Counted from the stretch's first letter, positions 17,690-27,407 are shown. The stretch: DNA of 27,995 nucleotides from Actinomycetes bacterium (GCA_021827285.1 JAKAWM010000001.1:1-27995), one strand, 5' to 3'. Notes: generated by a model from the sequence alone, not told the origin. Made by a program: numbers and translations.

Positions 17690-18506
17690 TAGGCGGGACC
17701 GTCGGCGCACTGTCCCGATCGGGCTAGCCCTCACCGTCGGCGCCGTACTGACTGCCTTCCCCTTCTTTTGGATGCTGACGACGTCGTTCAAGCCGCTCGA
17801 CCAGTCTTATACCTATCCTCCCAAAGTCGTCCCAACCCGCTGGACGCTCAGCAGCTACATCGAGCTGTTCACGCAGCTCGACTTCGGCCGTTACCTCTTC
17901 AACACCGTCATCGTGGTCCTGGTCAGCTTCGTCGGGCTTTTCTTGATGGCCATGGCCGGCTACGCCTTTGCCAAGTTCCGCTTCCGCGGCAAGGGGCCTC
18001 TTTTCATGCTCGTGCTGTCGACCATGATGATCCCCATCCAGGTGACTATGATCCCGACGTACCTGATCCTGAACAGTGTTAAGTTGACCAACACGCTCGT
18101 CGGGATAGCGCTACCCACGCTTGTCAGCGCGTTCAACGTGTTCCTGTTCCGCCAGTTCATGACGACCATACCCGACGAAGTCCTGGAGGCCGCCCGGCTC
18201 GACGGCGCCCGCGAGGCGCGGGCCTTCTTCTCGATCGTGCTGCCCATGTCCAAGCCCATCCTGGCAGTGGTCGGGGTGCTCACTTTCATCTCAGGGTGGA
18301 ACAGCTTCTTGTGGCCCCTCATCATCGCCAACGACCAGAACCACTACACCCTGTCTGTGGGGGTGTCGCTGCTCAACAAGCAATTGGCCGTGAACCCCCC
18401 ACTTGAGATGGCGGGCGCCTCCATGATGGTGGTCCCCATCGTCATCGTGTTCATGCAGCTGCAAAAGTACATAGTGCGAGGAGTCAACATGTCGGGGCTA
18501 AAGTGA
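17670..18506 (+). CDS. Carbohydrate ABC transporter permease (MalG-like)
   Basis: Motifs: PFFWMLTTSFK, NTVIV, AGYAFAKFRFRGK, and the EAA loop IPDEVLEAARLDGA. Overlaps the upstream permease by 20 bp. Confidence 0.94.
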   Translation: MPVTISSRRDRRRTVPIGLALTVGAVLTAFPFFWMLTTSFKPLDQSYTYPPKVVPTRWTLSSYIELFTQLDFGRYLFNTVIVVLVSFVGLFLMAMAGYAFAKFRFRGKGPLFMLVLSTMMIPIQVTMIPTYLILNSVKLTNTLVGIALPTLVSAFNVFLFRQFMTTIPDEVLEAARLDGAREARAFFSIVLPMSKPILAVVGVLTFISGWNSFLWPLIIANDQNHYTLSVGVSLLNKQLAVNPPLEMAGASMMVVPIVIVFMQLQKYIVRGVNMSGLK

Positions 18507-20152
18507 ACGGCCGGCCGAGGCTCCCCCGGGGACGGCGGCCGAGAGGCTTTTTACACAGGGAGGGCACCCGAGTCGTCGACGGGCAGGGCGAACCCGTGCT
18601 CCTGCGCGGGATGGGGCTTGGGAACTGGCTCCTGCCTGAGGGCTACATGTGGGGCTTCGTCGAGCCAGGCCCACAGTCGCCGCGCGAGATCGAAGCACTG
18701 GTAAGCCAACTCGTTGGGCCAGCGAAGGCGGCTCTCTTTTGGCGAGAGTTCCGGGACCGGTTCATCTCAGAGGACGACATCGCGCGCATCGCGGCCGAAG
18801 GCATGAACCACGTCCGCCTGCCCATCAACTGGCGGGTCGTGATGGACCAAACCGGGGTGCTCCGGCCCGAGGGGACCGCGTTGGTCGACCGGCTCATAGA
18901 GTGGTGCCGCGCCCACGGGCTCTGGGTCGTCCTCGACCTGCATGGGGCGCCGGGGGGCCAGACCGGCACCAACATCGACGACTCTCCTAACCCGGCGCCA
19001 GAGCTGTTCACTGGCGCCCGGTGGCGCGACCTTACGGTAAGCCTGTGGCAACAGCTGGCGGACCGTTACCGCGACGATACCGTTGTCGCTGGCTACGATC
19101 TCTTGAACGAGCCCCTGCCCAACGAATACGGGGACCTCTTCCGGAACGAGCTTGTCAAGCTCTACCGGGAGCTGTCGGTGGCCATCCGGGAAGTCGACCC
19201 CAACCACATGGTTATCTACGAGGGGGCCCGTTGGGCGACGGACTGGAGCATGTTCAGCGAAGTCTGGGACGACAACTCGATGTTGGAGTTCCACAAGTAC
19301 TGGTCGCCGCCTGACCGACCGAGCATCCAGGGCTTCATCGACACCGGGAAGAGCCTGGGCCTGCCTATCTACATGGGCGAGGGCGGGGAGAACAACCTCG
19401 ACTGGGTGCAAACGGCTTTCCAGTTGTACGACGACTGCGAAATCTCGTGGTGCTTCTGGACCTGGAAGAAGGTCGGGGTCCGCACCTCGCCGTGCTCGGT
19501 GGCCCCGCCCGTCGGATGGGACGAAGTTCTCGCGTACGCGGCCGCCAAGGCGGAGAGGCCGGCCAGCGAGAGGGCCTGGCGAGTTCTCCGTGAATTGGCC
19601 AACGCCACGAGCCTTTCCCAGTGCACCTACCAGCCCGAGGTGGTCCGGGCATTGCTCCGGCGCCCGCCGGTGAGGATACCAGCGACCGGCTTCGGGTTCC
19701 GTGGGCCAGGCATTTCCTATCAGACAACTACGGCCGTGGCACTTCGCGACTTTCGCAGCGATGACCTGGTCACGGTCCACCACAGCAACGGCGCAGAACC
19801 CCTGAACTTGGACTTCCACCACTCTCCAGCCACCCCGAGGTCCGCCCAGGATGAGCTGTTCGTCTCGCTTGGCCCGGGTGACTGGGTCGGCTACGAGGTC
19901 GAGATATGCCAACCGGTGCGTCTCGAAGTAGTAGTCCACATGGGGGTCGGCCAAAGGAGCGCCGCCGGTGCCGGAAGCGCCCTTCTCGTCGTAGTCGACG
20001 GCGTAAGGGCAGAGACGGTGGCCACAGGGGACAAAAACGTCGTACGAGCTTCGACAGCCTCGCCCGTCGTAGCAGGGTGGCACACCGTGCGGGTAGTTGG
20101 GCAGGCGCGAGAGGTCCTACTGCATTGGCTAGAGGTGATGCCGGCGCGTTGA
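18503..20152 (+). CDS. Cytoplasmic GH5 glycoside hydrolase with C-terminal CBM6/CBM35-like beta-sandwich
   Basis: Motifs: LRGMGLGNWL, GMNHVRLP, VVLDLHGAPGGQ, YDLLNEP (acid/base), MGEGG (nucleophile), WCFWTWK. C-terminal GDWVGYEV...AGWHTVRV is CBM-like. No signal peptide; GTG start overlaps the permease TGA. Confidence 0.88.
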   Translation: MNGRPRLPRGRRPRGFLHREGTRVVDGQGEPVLLRGMGLGNWLLPEGYMWGFVEPGPQSPREIEALVSQLVGPAKAALFWREFRDRFISEDDIARIAAEGMNHVRLPINWRVVMDQTGVLRPEGTALVDRLIEWCRAHGLWVVLDLHGAPGGQTGTNIDDSPNPAPELFTGARWRDLTVSLWQQLADRYRDDTVVAGYDLLNEPLPNEYGDLFRNELVKLYRELSVAIREVDPNHMVIYEGARWATDWSMFSEVWDDNSMLEFHKYWSPPDRPSIQGFIDTGKSLGLPIYMGEGGENNLDWVQTAFQLYDDCEISWCFWTWKKVGVRTSPCSVAPPVGWDEVLAYAAAKAERPASERAWRVLRELANATSLSQCTYQPEVVRALLRRPPVRIPATGFGFRGPGISYQTTTAVALRDFRSDDLVTVHHSNGAEPLNLDFHHSPATPRSAQDELFVSLGPGDWVGYEVEICQPVRLEVVVHMGVGQRSAAGAGSALLVVVDGVRAETVATGDKNVVRASTASPVVAGWHTVRVVGQAREVLLHWLEVMPAR

Positions 20153-20237
20153 CGTGCACCGGTCCGCCTGGCCTCGCGGGTGCTTGCCCCCCGAAAGTAG
20201 CCACAACCACAGAACGACAAGACATCAGGAGGACACC

Positions 20238-23200
20238 ATGAAGGCACGACGATCCGCAGGATGGCTGGGACGAATGCTACCGGCACTGGCATTACTGCTG
20301 ACCGTATTGCAAGTAACGGCTTCGCCGGCCGCCCGTGCCAGCACCGACCCGAACTTCCTGGCGGCGAGCGGCCCTTACCTGAGGAATAATTCGGGTACCG
20401 GCTCGATCGTAACCCTTCGAGGGACGAACCTTGGCGGCTGGCTGACCATGGAGGACTGGATGTCGCCGTTGGGGCAGTTTGCCCTCGGCCGGACAGGCTG
20501 GACGGCTACGGCGTCAGTGAACAGCTCCACGGCTGGCAACGTGCTCGACGGCGACGGCACCACCGGGTGGACCACGGGAGCGGCCCAGCAAGGGGGTGAG
20601 TGGTTGCAGATCGATATGGGGTCGCCAACATTGCTCAACCGGGTCTTGGTGGACGCGGCCGGGTTCACGGGCGACTACCCCGCCGGTTACCAGGTGCTCG
20701 TCTCTTCTGACGGGAGCACCTGGAACAACGTGGCGAGCGGCTCGGGGACGATGCAGCAGACCTCCATCTTCTTCACGCCTCAAGTTGCCCAGTACGTGAG
20801 GATTGTCCAAACGGGCACATCGTCGGTTCCGTGGTCTGTCGCGGAGTTCAACGCCTTCAGCGACCCGGTCCTGAACGACGGCGGTTTCACGGCGACGGCA
20901 TCGGTCACCGGAGCTGGCTACTCTCCGGCCAACGCGCTCGACGGGAACGTCAACGACCGCTGGACGACGGGTACTCCCCAGAGCCCAGGGCAGTGGTTCA
21001 CGGTCGACATGGGCTCGGTCGTGCCCATGAACGAGGTGATCTTCGACTCTGGTCCGACATCCGCGAACGATTACCCGGCGTCGTACGAAGTCTGGGGCTC
21101 CCAGGACGGCACCAACTGGACCAAGTACGCGAGCGCGCTCGGGAGCGGGCGCATCACGACGGCGACCCTCTGGACTACTGAGTACGTTCGCTACCTCAAG
21201 ATCGTGCAAACGGGGACCAGTTCGTACTGGTGGTCGATCGCAGGGCTCGATGTCTACTCCAGCCTCGCTTTTGACCGCACGGGCTGGACCATAACCGCGT
21301 CGCAGACCGAGAGCGGAAGCTCCCCCAACAATGTCAAAGACGGCAACTCGAACACGCGCTGGACGACTGGCGTCGCCCAGGCACCCGGCCAGTGGCTAGA
21401 AGTGGACATGGGTGCCACGGAAACCTTCAACCAGGTACAGCTGGACAACTCCGTCGACACCAACGATTACCCCCGCGGCTACACGGTCCAGGTCTCGCCC
21501 GACGGTTCGACGTGGACGCAGGTCGCGAGCGGCTCGGGTTACCCCTCTGCGACCCCCATCAACTTCCCCGCCGTTTCCGCCAGGTATATCAAGATAACCC
21601 AGACCGGGTCGTCGTCTAGTTGGTGGTCGGTGGACGAGCTGAACGTGTACCTCAACAACGACGACTACGACATGTACAACGAGTACGAGGCGCGCTTTGG
21701 GGACGCGACCACACAGAGCCTGCTCAGCACCTACCAGAACAGCTGGATCCAGTCATCGGACCTCGACAACATTGCCGCCATGGGCATGAACTTCGTGCGC
21801 CTGAATATCGGCTGGAACACCCTGCTCAACGCCGACGGCACTTGGAGGTCGAACGCCTTCACGGAGATCGACTGGCTGGTGCAGCAAGCCGCACAGCGCC
21901 ACATCTACGTCCTTCTCGACCTGCACACCCTGCCCGGAGGCGACTGCCCTTGGGAGAGCTGCGGGCGCGAGGGCGAGAACCCGAACGAGTTCTGGAACAA
22001 CTCGACCTACCAGGACTGGGTGAACAACATCTGGTCGGTCATGGCCGCACGCTACGCTGGGAACCCCTGGGTGGCTGGTTACGACCTCATGAATGAGCCA
22101 TTGCTCAGCTACAACGAGACAGCGGCCCAAATCCAGCAGAAGAACGACTATTACAACCGGTTGTACAACACCGTGCGGGCTGTCGACCCCGACCACACCA
22201 TATTCATGGAGGCGTTCTTCGGCTGGAGCAACATCGCTTCGCCGTCGACCTACGGGTGGACCAACGTGGCCTACGAACTGCACCCCTACGACATGCCGGA
22301 CGGGCTCGACTGGACCGCGCAGAACAGCCTGGTGCAGAGCCAGCTTTCCTCGGTGGCCGCCCAGCAGGCAGCCTGGGACGTCCCCGTGCTCTACGGCGAG
22401 TACCAGCTCTACGAGTACGACGACGTCTGGTCGGAGTTCATGGCTGGCCTGAACGCTCTGCACGTGTCGTGGTGCAACTGGTCCTACAAGGTGACAGGTG
22501 GTCAGTTCGACGGGGGTGGCGGCTACTGGGGCTTCTACAACAGCGACCCCAACCCGGTGCCCGTCATCAACAACGACAACTCCTCGACCATAAACAGCAA
22601 GCTTGCGATGTTCGCCACCAGCGATTTCCAGCCTAATACCAGTTTCATCAACGACGTCGAGAAGTTCACTGGCGGTTTCGATTGGATGGAGCCGACCCCA
22701 CTGCCGGAGAACAACTGGGTCGCGACCGCCTCGGAGACCGAGCCCGGCGGTTCGCCCGCTAACGCCGTCGACTGGAACACCAGCACCAGGTGGAGCACGG
22801 GTGCCTCGCAGACCCCGGGGCAGTGGTTCCAAGTGAACCTCGGCTCCATGCAGGTCTTCGACCAGGTGTCCTGGGAGACCGAGTCGGACGATACTTGGGA
22901 CTTCCCCCGTGGGTACGAGATCCAAGTGTCGACTGACGGCAGTACTTGGACGACAGTTAAGACCGGGCAAGGCTTCGGGTGGAAACAGGTGGTCGCCTTC
23001 GCGCCGCAGTACGCGCAGTACGTCCGCATAACCCAGACGGGGAACGCACAGGAGTGGTGGTCCATAGCCGAGTTCCACGTCTACGCGGAGATGGCGCTCG
23101 ACCGGTCTCAGTGGACGGCGACGGCTTCGTTGAGCGCTTCTGGGGACCCGCCTTCCAACGCGATCGACGGCAATACCAGCACTCGGTGGAGCACTGGCGC

Positions 23201-23876
23201 AGCGCAGACCCCCGGCCAGTGGTTCGAAATGGACTTTGGGAAAATGGAGACTTTCAACCGGCTGCTCCACGATGCTGGCTCGTCCACAGGTGATTACCCG
23301 CGCGGCTACGAAGTCCAGGTGTCCAACGACGGGTCGACCTGGACGACCGTCGCTACCGGCAGCGGCACCGGTCAGGCCGTGCTGGTCCAGTTCCCAGTGC
23401 AGGTGGCGCGCTACCTGCAGATCGTGCAGACCGGCAGCGCCGGGAACTGGTGGTCGATCCAGGAACTGTACGTCTATGGCGAGCAAGAGGACAGCCAAAG
23501 CGGCTGGAGCGCAACAGCCTCCTCTACCGAACCGGGCGGGTCGACGTCCAATGCCTTGGATGGCAACCTCAACACCCGCTGGAGCACTGGGGCCCCGCAA
23601 GCGCCCGGGGAGTGGTTCGAAGCGGACCTCGGCTCGCCACAGTGGTTCAACCAGGTTGTCATGGACTCCGGCCCGAGCACGGGTGACTACGCGCGTGGCT
23701 ACATCTTGCAAGTGTCGAACGACAACACTAACTGGCAGACGGTGGCCAACGGCGAAGGCAGTGGGCCGTGGGTCGACGTCAATTTCCCTATTGTCCAGGA
23801 CCGGTACATCAAGGTCATTCTCCAAGATAGCTCGAGCAATTGGTGGTCGATCGCCGAGTTCCGGATCTTCCAATAG
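20238..23876 (+). CDS. Secreted multimodular GH5 glycoside hydrolase with six F5/8-type C (CBM32/discoidin) modules, three inserted in the catalytic domain and three C-terminal
   Basis: AGGAGG before ATG 20238 and a signal peptide. LRGTNLGGWL..EDWMSP is followed by three modules (W(T/S)TG..Q..G(Q/E)W, DYP..Y, WS(I/V)). The GH5 domain resumes with ARFG...WI..SDLDNI, NFVRLN, LLDLH, DLMNEP (E at 22095) and VLYGEY (E at 22398), then three more modules. Confidence 0.93.
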   Translation: MKARRSAGWLGRMLPALALLLTVLQVTASPAARASTDPNFLAASGPYLRNNSGTGSIVTLRGTNLGGWLTMEDWMSPLGQFALGRTGWTATASVNSSTAGNVLDGDGTTGWTTGAAQQGGEWLQIDMGSPTLLNRVLVDAAGFTGDYPAGYQVLVSSDGSTWNNVASGSGTMQQTSIFFTPQVAQYVRIVQTGTSSVPWSVAEFNAFSDPVLNDGGFTATASVTGAGYSPANALDGNVNDRWTTGTPQSPGQWFTVDMGSVVPMNEVIFDSGPTSANDYPASYEVWGSQDGTNWTKYASALGSGRITTATLWTTEYVRYLKIVQTGTSSYWWSIAGLDVYSSLAFDRTGWTITASQTESGSSPNNVKDGNSNTRWTTGVAQAPGQWLEVDMGATETFNQVQLDNSVDTNDYPRGYTVQVSPDGSTWTQVASGSGYPSATPINFPAVSARYIKITQTGSSSSWWSVDELNVYLNNDDYDMYNEYEARFGDATTQSLLSTYQNSWIQSSDLDNIAAMGMNFVRLNIGWNTLLNADGTWRSNAFTEIDWLVQQAAQRHIYVLLDLHTLPGGDCPWESCGREGENPNEFWNNSTYQDWVNNIWSVMAARYAGNPWVAGYDLMNEPLLSYNETAAQIQQKNDYYNRLYNTVRAVDPDHTIFMEAFFGWSNIASPSTYGWTNVAYELHPYDMPDGLDWTAQNSLVQSQLSSVAAQQAAWDVPVLYGEYQLYEYDDVWSEFMAGLNALHVSWCNWSYKVTGGQFDGGGGYWGFYNSDPNPVPVINNDNSSTINSKLAMFATSDFQPNTSFINDVEKFTGGFDWMEPTPLPENNWVATASETEPGGSPANAVDWNTSTRWSTGASQTPGQWFQVNLGSMQVFDQVSWETESDDTWDFPRGYEIQVSTDGSTWTTVKTGQGFGWKQVVAFAPQYAQYVRITQTGNAQEWWSIAEFHVYAEMALDRSQWTATASLSASGDPPSNAIDGNTSTRWSTGAAQTPGQWFEMDFGKMETFNRLLHDAGSSTGDYPRGYEVQVSNDGSTWTTVATGSGTGQAVLVQFPVQVARYLQIVQTGSAGNWWSIQELYVYGEQEDSQSGWSATASSTEPGGSTSNALDGNLNTRWSTGAPQAPGEWFEADLGSPQWFNQVVMDSGPSTGDYARGYILQVSNDNTNWQTVANGEGSGPWVDVNFPIVQDRYIKVILQDSSSNWWSIAEFRIFQ

Positions 23877-24261
23877 ACGTCCGACATGAATACCGAGGCA
23901 CCAAATGGTGAAATAGGTATCTCAAGCGCTAGACATTTAGGTTCTCTCGTAGGGTCCATCACTTCAGTGGGGGTCCTCGCGTAGGGTGCTGGGGCCGGTT
24001 CGTCTGGTTCGGCAGGGAGCTTGACCGGGGCGCGCGAGAGCTCGACTCCTCAAACTTGATCGTCGGCTCGACGAGCCTCCCCGGCCCACGTGCATACCTG
24101 TTCGGGAACTGGGTGTCATTCCTGAAGGAGCGCCCCTTGCCAAGGACAGCGCCATCCCTTCGGGCCGGCGCCTTTTCGCTTCTGAGGGTGTCGCGATGGT
24201 CGCATAGCGGTTTTCGGGCGCGCTAGGCCTAGCTTGGTCCGCGGCCTGAGGAGGCGGCTGC

Positions 24262-26859
24262 TCAGCCAACCAGCGTCAGGCCGCGCCTGACAGTGCTACC
24301 GCCGTCTACGAAGATCGTCTGGCCCGACGCCAGGACGCCTTTTAGCGAGGCCAGCAAGTGCATAGCCCTGCTGTTGAGGTTCAGGTAGAAGGTACCGCTG
24401 CCGCCAGCGCTCAGGCCATAGCCGCTGCGGGCCAGCAAGATGTTGTGGGACCAGAGCAGTATGGTTCCCCGGCAACGGGCGCTGGCGCAACGGAGGCGGA
24501 GGCCCACCGAGCCGACGGACACCCTGGTGCGGCCACCGGTCAGGGCGCTGATGGCGGGACGGGTCGGCGCTGGGGCCACCAACGTCACGAGCCGGCGCGC
24601 GGTGTAGCCGCCGTTCACGAAGACGGTCTCTCCCGCCACCAAGGCGTGGCCGTTGGCGTGCTCAAGGACGTTCATCGCCCTGGTGTTGAGGCTTAGGTAG
24701 AAGGTGCCGGTGCCCCCAACGCTGAGGGCATAACCGTTTTGGGCCAGCAGGATGTTGTCGTACCACAGCCGTATGGAGCCGTGGCAATAAGCGCCCGTGC
24801 AGTGCAACTTCAGCCCCGCCAAGTTTTTCGACACCACGACTCGGGCGCTGAGCGGGTCGATAGCCGGCCGAGGAGGTGCCGTGGTCGTTGTCGGCGGGAC
24901 GGTCGTAGTGGTAGTCGTTGTAGCCGGCGCGGAGGACGTGGCGGCCAGTCCCTGCGCGCCCGCAGCCGTCGTGTTAGTGGCTTCGGTGTCAGCACCCAGG
25001 TAGAGGTTGTAGTTGCCCCCGGAGGGGTTGACGGTGCCGGGCATGGTAAGGGTCAGCAAGTCTCCGGCCTGGACCGTGCTGGCCAGCCGGTACCTGACGT
25101 CGTTCGACCCCGCGCCCTGCAGGGCGGCCATGGTCTGGGTGCCAGTGGATGTCGTTGAGTCGCTGAGGGTTGCAGAAGCGGGGAGCTCCGTCCCTGCCGG
25201 CCCGAGCACCTCGATGGTGTCCACGCCGCCGACCAGCGTGGCGGCTGCCTTGAAGGTGCCGATGGTGTAGGTAGCTAGGGCTCCTGCGGTGTTGGGAGAC
25301 ACGCTGACGCTGGGCCCGGTACCTGTTGCGACCGAGCCGATCACGTAGGAGGGTGCGTAGGCGGGCGTGGGGTCTGAAGTGGTCCATACCGACAGACCGC
25401 TTGAGCCGCCGTAGGTCCCGGCCGGCGGGTTCTGGACGTTATAGACCTGGATGGTCAGCGTATTGTTGTCGGCCACAGTGATGTTGGTAACCAAGGTCAG
25501 CGTGTCGCCGGCCGACTTGGTGGTGGACGGCACCAGCCCGCTCAAAACCTGGGTCGCACCGGTTGTGTTATCGGTCACCGTAGCTCCCGTCGCCGCGGCG
25601 AACACGGTACCCGTGGGGCCTTCAACCGTTATCGACCCGCCGGGCGCCAGTGCCCCGCTCGCCCCGACATTGAAGCTGACGTCATAAGTGGAGCTGGAGC
25701 CAGCCGCGTTGCTTGAGAGGCTGAGGGACAGGGCGGAGACCGTCCCACCGAAAAATGCGGGCCCGGCGTAGTGGAAGACGCCCGCCACATCGGCCACGAA
25801 GTAATCAGACTCATTGGACGCCGGGTTCACCCCGACGGCCGAGAGGCTCAGTTCGTTACCAGCCGTAATACCGCTGGGCACCGAGACCTGGAGGAGAACT
25901 CCTCCTTTGGTCGAGGTCGCGGGGCTGATGGAGGTGACAGCGGTGACGCCCAGGATGGCGTTCGTGGTGGTGTCTACCACCTGGTAGCTGGCCAGGTTGC
26001 TCGAAAACGTCACGCCCCCGGTACCCCCAGTGCCACCAGCCGTCACGGAGCAAGTATTCGGCGGCGGTGCCCCAGTGTTGGTGCAAGCCTGCAACTCGAT
26101 GGTGGTCGTGCCCGCGGCGATCGTGGCCGGCACTGCGATGCTGCTCATCTGGTAAGAGGCTCCAGTGCCCAAGCCATACGAGCTCGCCGTGACGGCCATG
26201 GCCCCCGAGCCTGCTGCGATCGCCACGGCGCCGGCGCTGCCCTGCCAGCCCGGGCTCGAACTGGTGCTGGCGTAGAAGGTGTAGGACCCGGGTGCTGGGT
26301 TGATGGCAGCAAAGGTGAGCATCAGGGTGTCACCGGCGTGGACGCTCCCAGTACCACCGAGGTAAACCACGAGGGGTGCGGCTTCGGCCGAGGCCAGGTT
26401 GCTCTCAGCTGCCCCGACGGTCAGGAACCCGTTACCTACGGTGGCGTAGAAGGTGTACCCGGTAGATGGGTCCACAACGCCGACCCCAGATCCGGAGACG
26501 GCGGAGACGACGTGGTTGTAGGAACCGGTTGCCGCGTCGCCCTCGGCGAGCCTGAGGTAGGAAGCACCCGCCTTGTTCGCACTGACGCTGAGCGCCAAGG
26601 GCGTCGTGAACTGCACGGTGTAGTTACCCGTGCTTCCTTGGGTATTGGGTGTGACCGCCGCGCTCAGCCCGGTGACCGCGGATGGGGCGCCGCTGATCGT
26701 ATAGCCCAGGGTTGGCAGGGGCGAAAAGGCGGACGCGCTAACGGCGTTGACCACCGACATCGCTCCGAAGCTGACCATGCCGAGGCCCAAAGCTCCGGCC
26801 AGTAGGCTTGCCTGGCGCCGTCTGGGCCTTACATGCTCGTTAGTCCCTTTTCCATGCAT
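24262..26859 (-). CDS. Large secreted or surface protein: about four Gly/Ser/Thr-rich beta-sandwich repeats, a Thr-rich linker and two Cys-containing C-terminal repeats
   Basis: GGAGG upstream of ATG 26859 and a signal peptide (RRRQASLL...ASA|FS). Recurring V.(P/S)N..G...Y and NP..G.Y motifs. Twin L.L.C....C.G.I.LW..NILLA..GY.LS.GG.GTFYL.LN.RAM domains at the C-terminus. Confidence 0.85.
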   Translation of the reverse strand: MHGKGTNEHVRPRRRQASLLAGALGLGMVSFGAMSVVNAVSASAFSPLPTLGYTISGAPSAVTGLSAAVTPNTQGSTGNYTVQFTTPLALSVSANKAGASYLRLAEGDAATGSYNHVVSAVSGSGVGVVDPSTGYTFYATVGNGFLTVGAAESNLASAEAAPLVVYLGGTGSVHAGDTLMLTFAAINPAPGSYTFYASTSSSPGWQGSAGAVAIAAGSGAMAVTASSYGLGTGASYQMSSIAVPATIAAGTTTIELQACTNTGAPPPNTCSVTAGGTGGTGGVTFSSNLASYQVVDTTTNAILGVTAVTSISPATSTKGGVLLQVSVPSGITAGNELSLSAVGVNPASNESDYFVADVAGVFHYAGPAFFGGTVSALSLSLSSNAAGSSSTYDVSFNVGASGALAPGGSITVEGPTGTVFAAATGATVTDNTTGATQVLSGLVPSTTKSAGDTLTLVTNITVADNNTLTIQVYNVQNPPAGTYGGSSGLSVWTTSDPTPAYAPSYVIGSVATGTGPSVSVSPNTAGALATYTIGTFKAAATLVGGVDTIEVLGPAGTELPASATLSDSTTSTGTQTMAALQGAGSNDVRYRLASTVQAGDLLTLTMPGTVNPSGGNYNLYLGADTEATNTTAAGAQGLAATSSAPATTTTTTTVPPTTTTAPPRPAIDPLSARVVVSKNLAGLKLHCTGAYCHGSIRLWYDNILLAQNGYALSVGGTGTFYLSLNTRAMNVLEHANGHALVAGETVFVNGGYTARRLVTLVAPAPTRPAISALTGGRTRVSVGSVGLRLRCASARCRGTILLWSHNILLARSGYGLSAGGSGTFYLNLNSRAMHLLASLKGVLASGQTIFVDGGSTVRRGLTLVG

Positions 26860-27077
26860 TTCAGTGACACCTCCGCTTGCGCTGAACATGGCAACCCTAC
26901 CGACGGGGGAGGCGTAGGTGCAGGTCGCGCACAGTTTTGTTACAAAGCCGGGCCCGTGCTCGCTCTCTGGGGTGACGTGATCGCATCATCTGGAGATGCT
27001 CCTGTACCTGGCATTGGGCCGCCCTGCAGCGCCCGCGCTACATTCGGGCCTAACCCGTAGCCCAGGAGGACGCCAGC

Positions 27078-27281
27078 ATGCAGCACGCCACCAGCCAGGT
27101 CGTCCTGGCCACCATCAGCAAGCACGACATCGCCGGGATCGTGGCGGCTATCGCGGCCGTCGTACTGCTCGTGTTCGGCCTGGCCAGGATGGCGGCCAAG
27201 GCCGCAGGCGCCGTACTGTGGCCGGTTCTCGGGGTCCTGGCGGCCATCGTGGCCGTGCTGATGTTCACGCGGGCCCTCTGA
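27078..27281 (+). CDS. Small two-helix membrane protein (67 aa), unknown function
   Basis: AGGAGG ribosome-binding site upstream of ATG 27078, two clear hydrophobic segments, and GC3-rich codons. Confidence 0.72.
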   Translation: MQHATSQVVLATISKHDIAGIVAAIAAVVLLVFGLARMAAKAAGAVLWPVLGVLAAIVAVLMFTRAL

Positions 27282-27407
27282 ACTAGCAGCTCCGCGACTA
27301 GCCAGGAGCCACAAGCTCTCGACGCGGGCTTCGATGTGGCATTGTGGAGGTTACCCGTTTAGTACCAGCTGATTCTGCGCCCTGTGTCCCATTTGTCTGG
27401 AGGTTTC

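Noticed and set aside
18767-20083. 438-aa antisense ORF, and similar long shadow ORFs such as 21753-23873, 9764-10909, 2598-3542 and 1404-2357
   Set aside because: Each lies opposite a well-supported gene and has no recognisable motifs. Long antisense frames are expected in high-GC coding DNA.
23877-24261. Possible coding remnant or small ORF (23964-24269) between the convergent GH5 and surface-protein genes
   Set aside because: No recognisable motif, start signal or strong terminator could be supported.
26790-26859. Twin-arginine (Tat) signal in the surface protein (RPRRRQASLL)
   Set aside because: Poor match to S/T-R-R-x-F-L-K; it is equally consistent with a basic Sec n-region.
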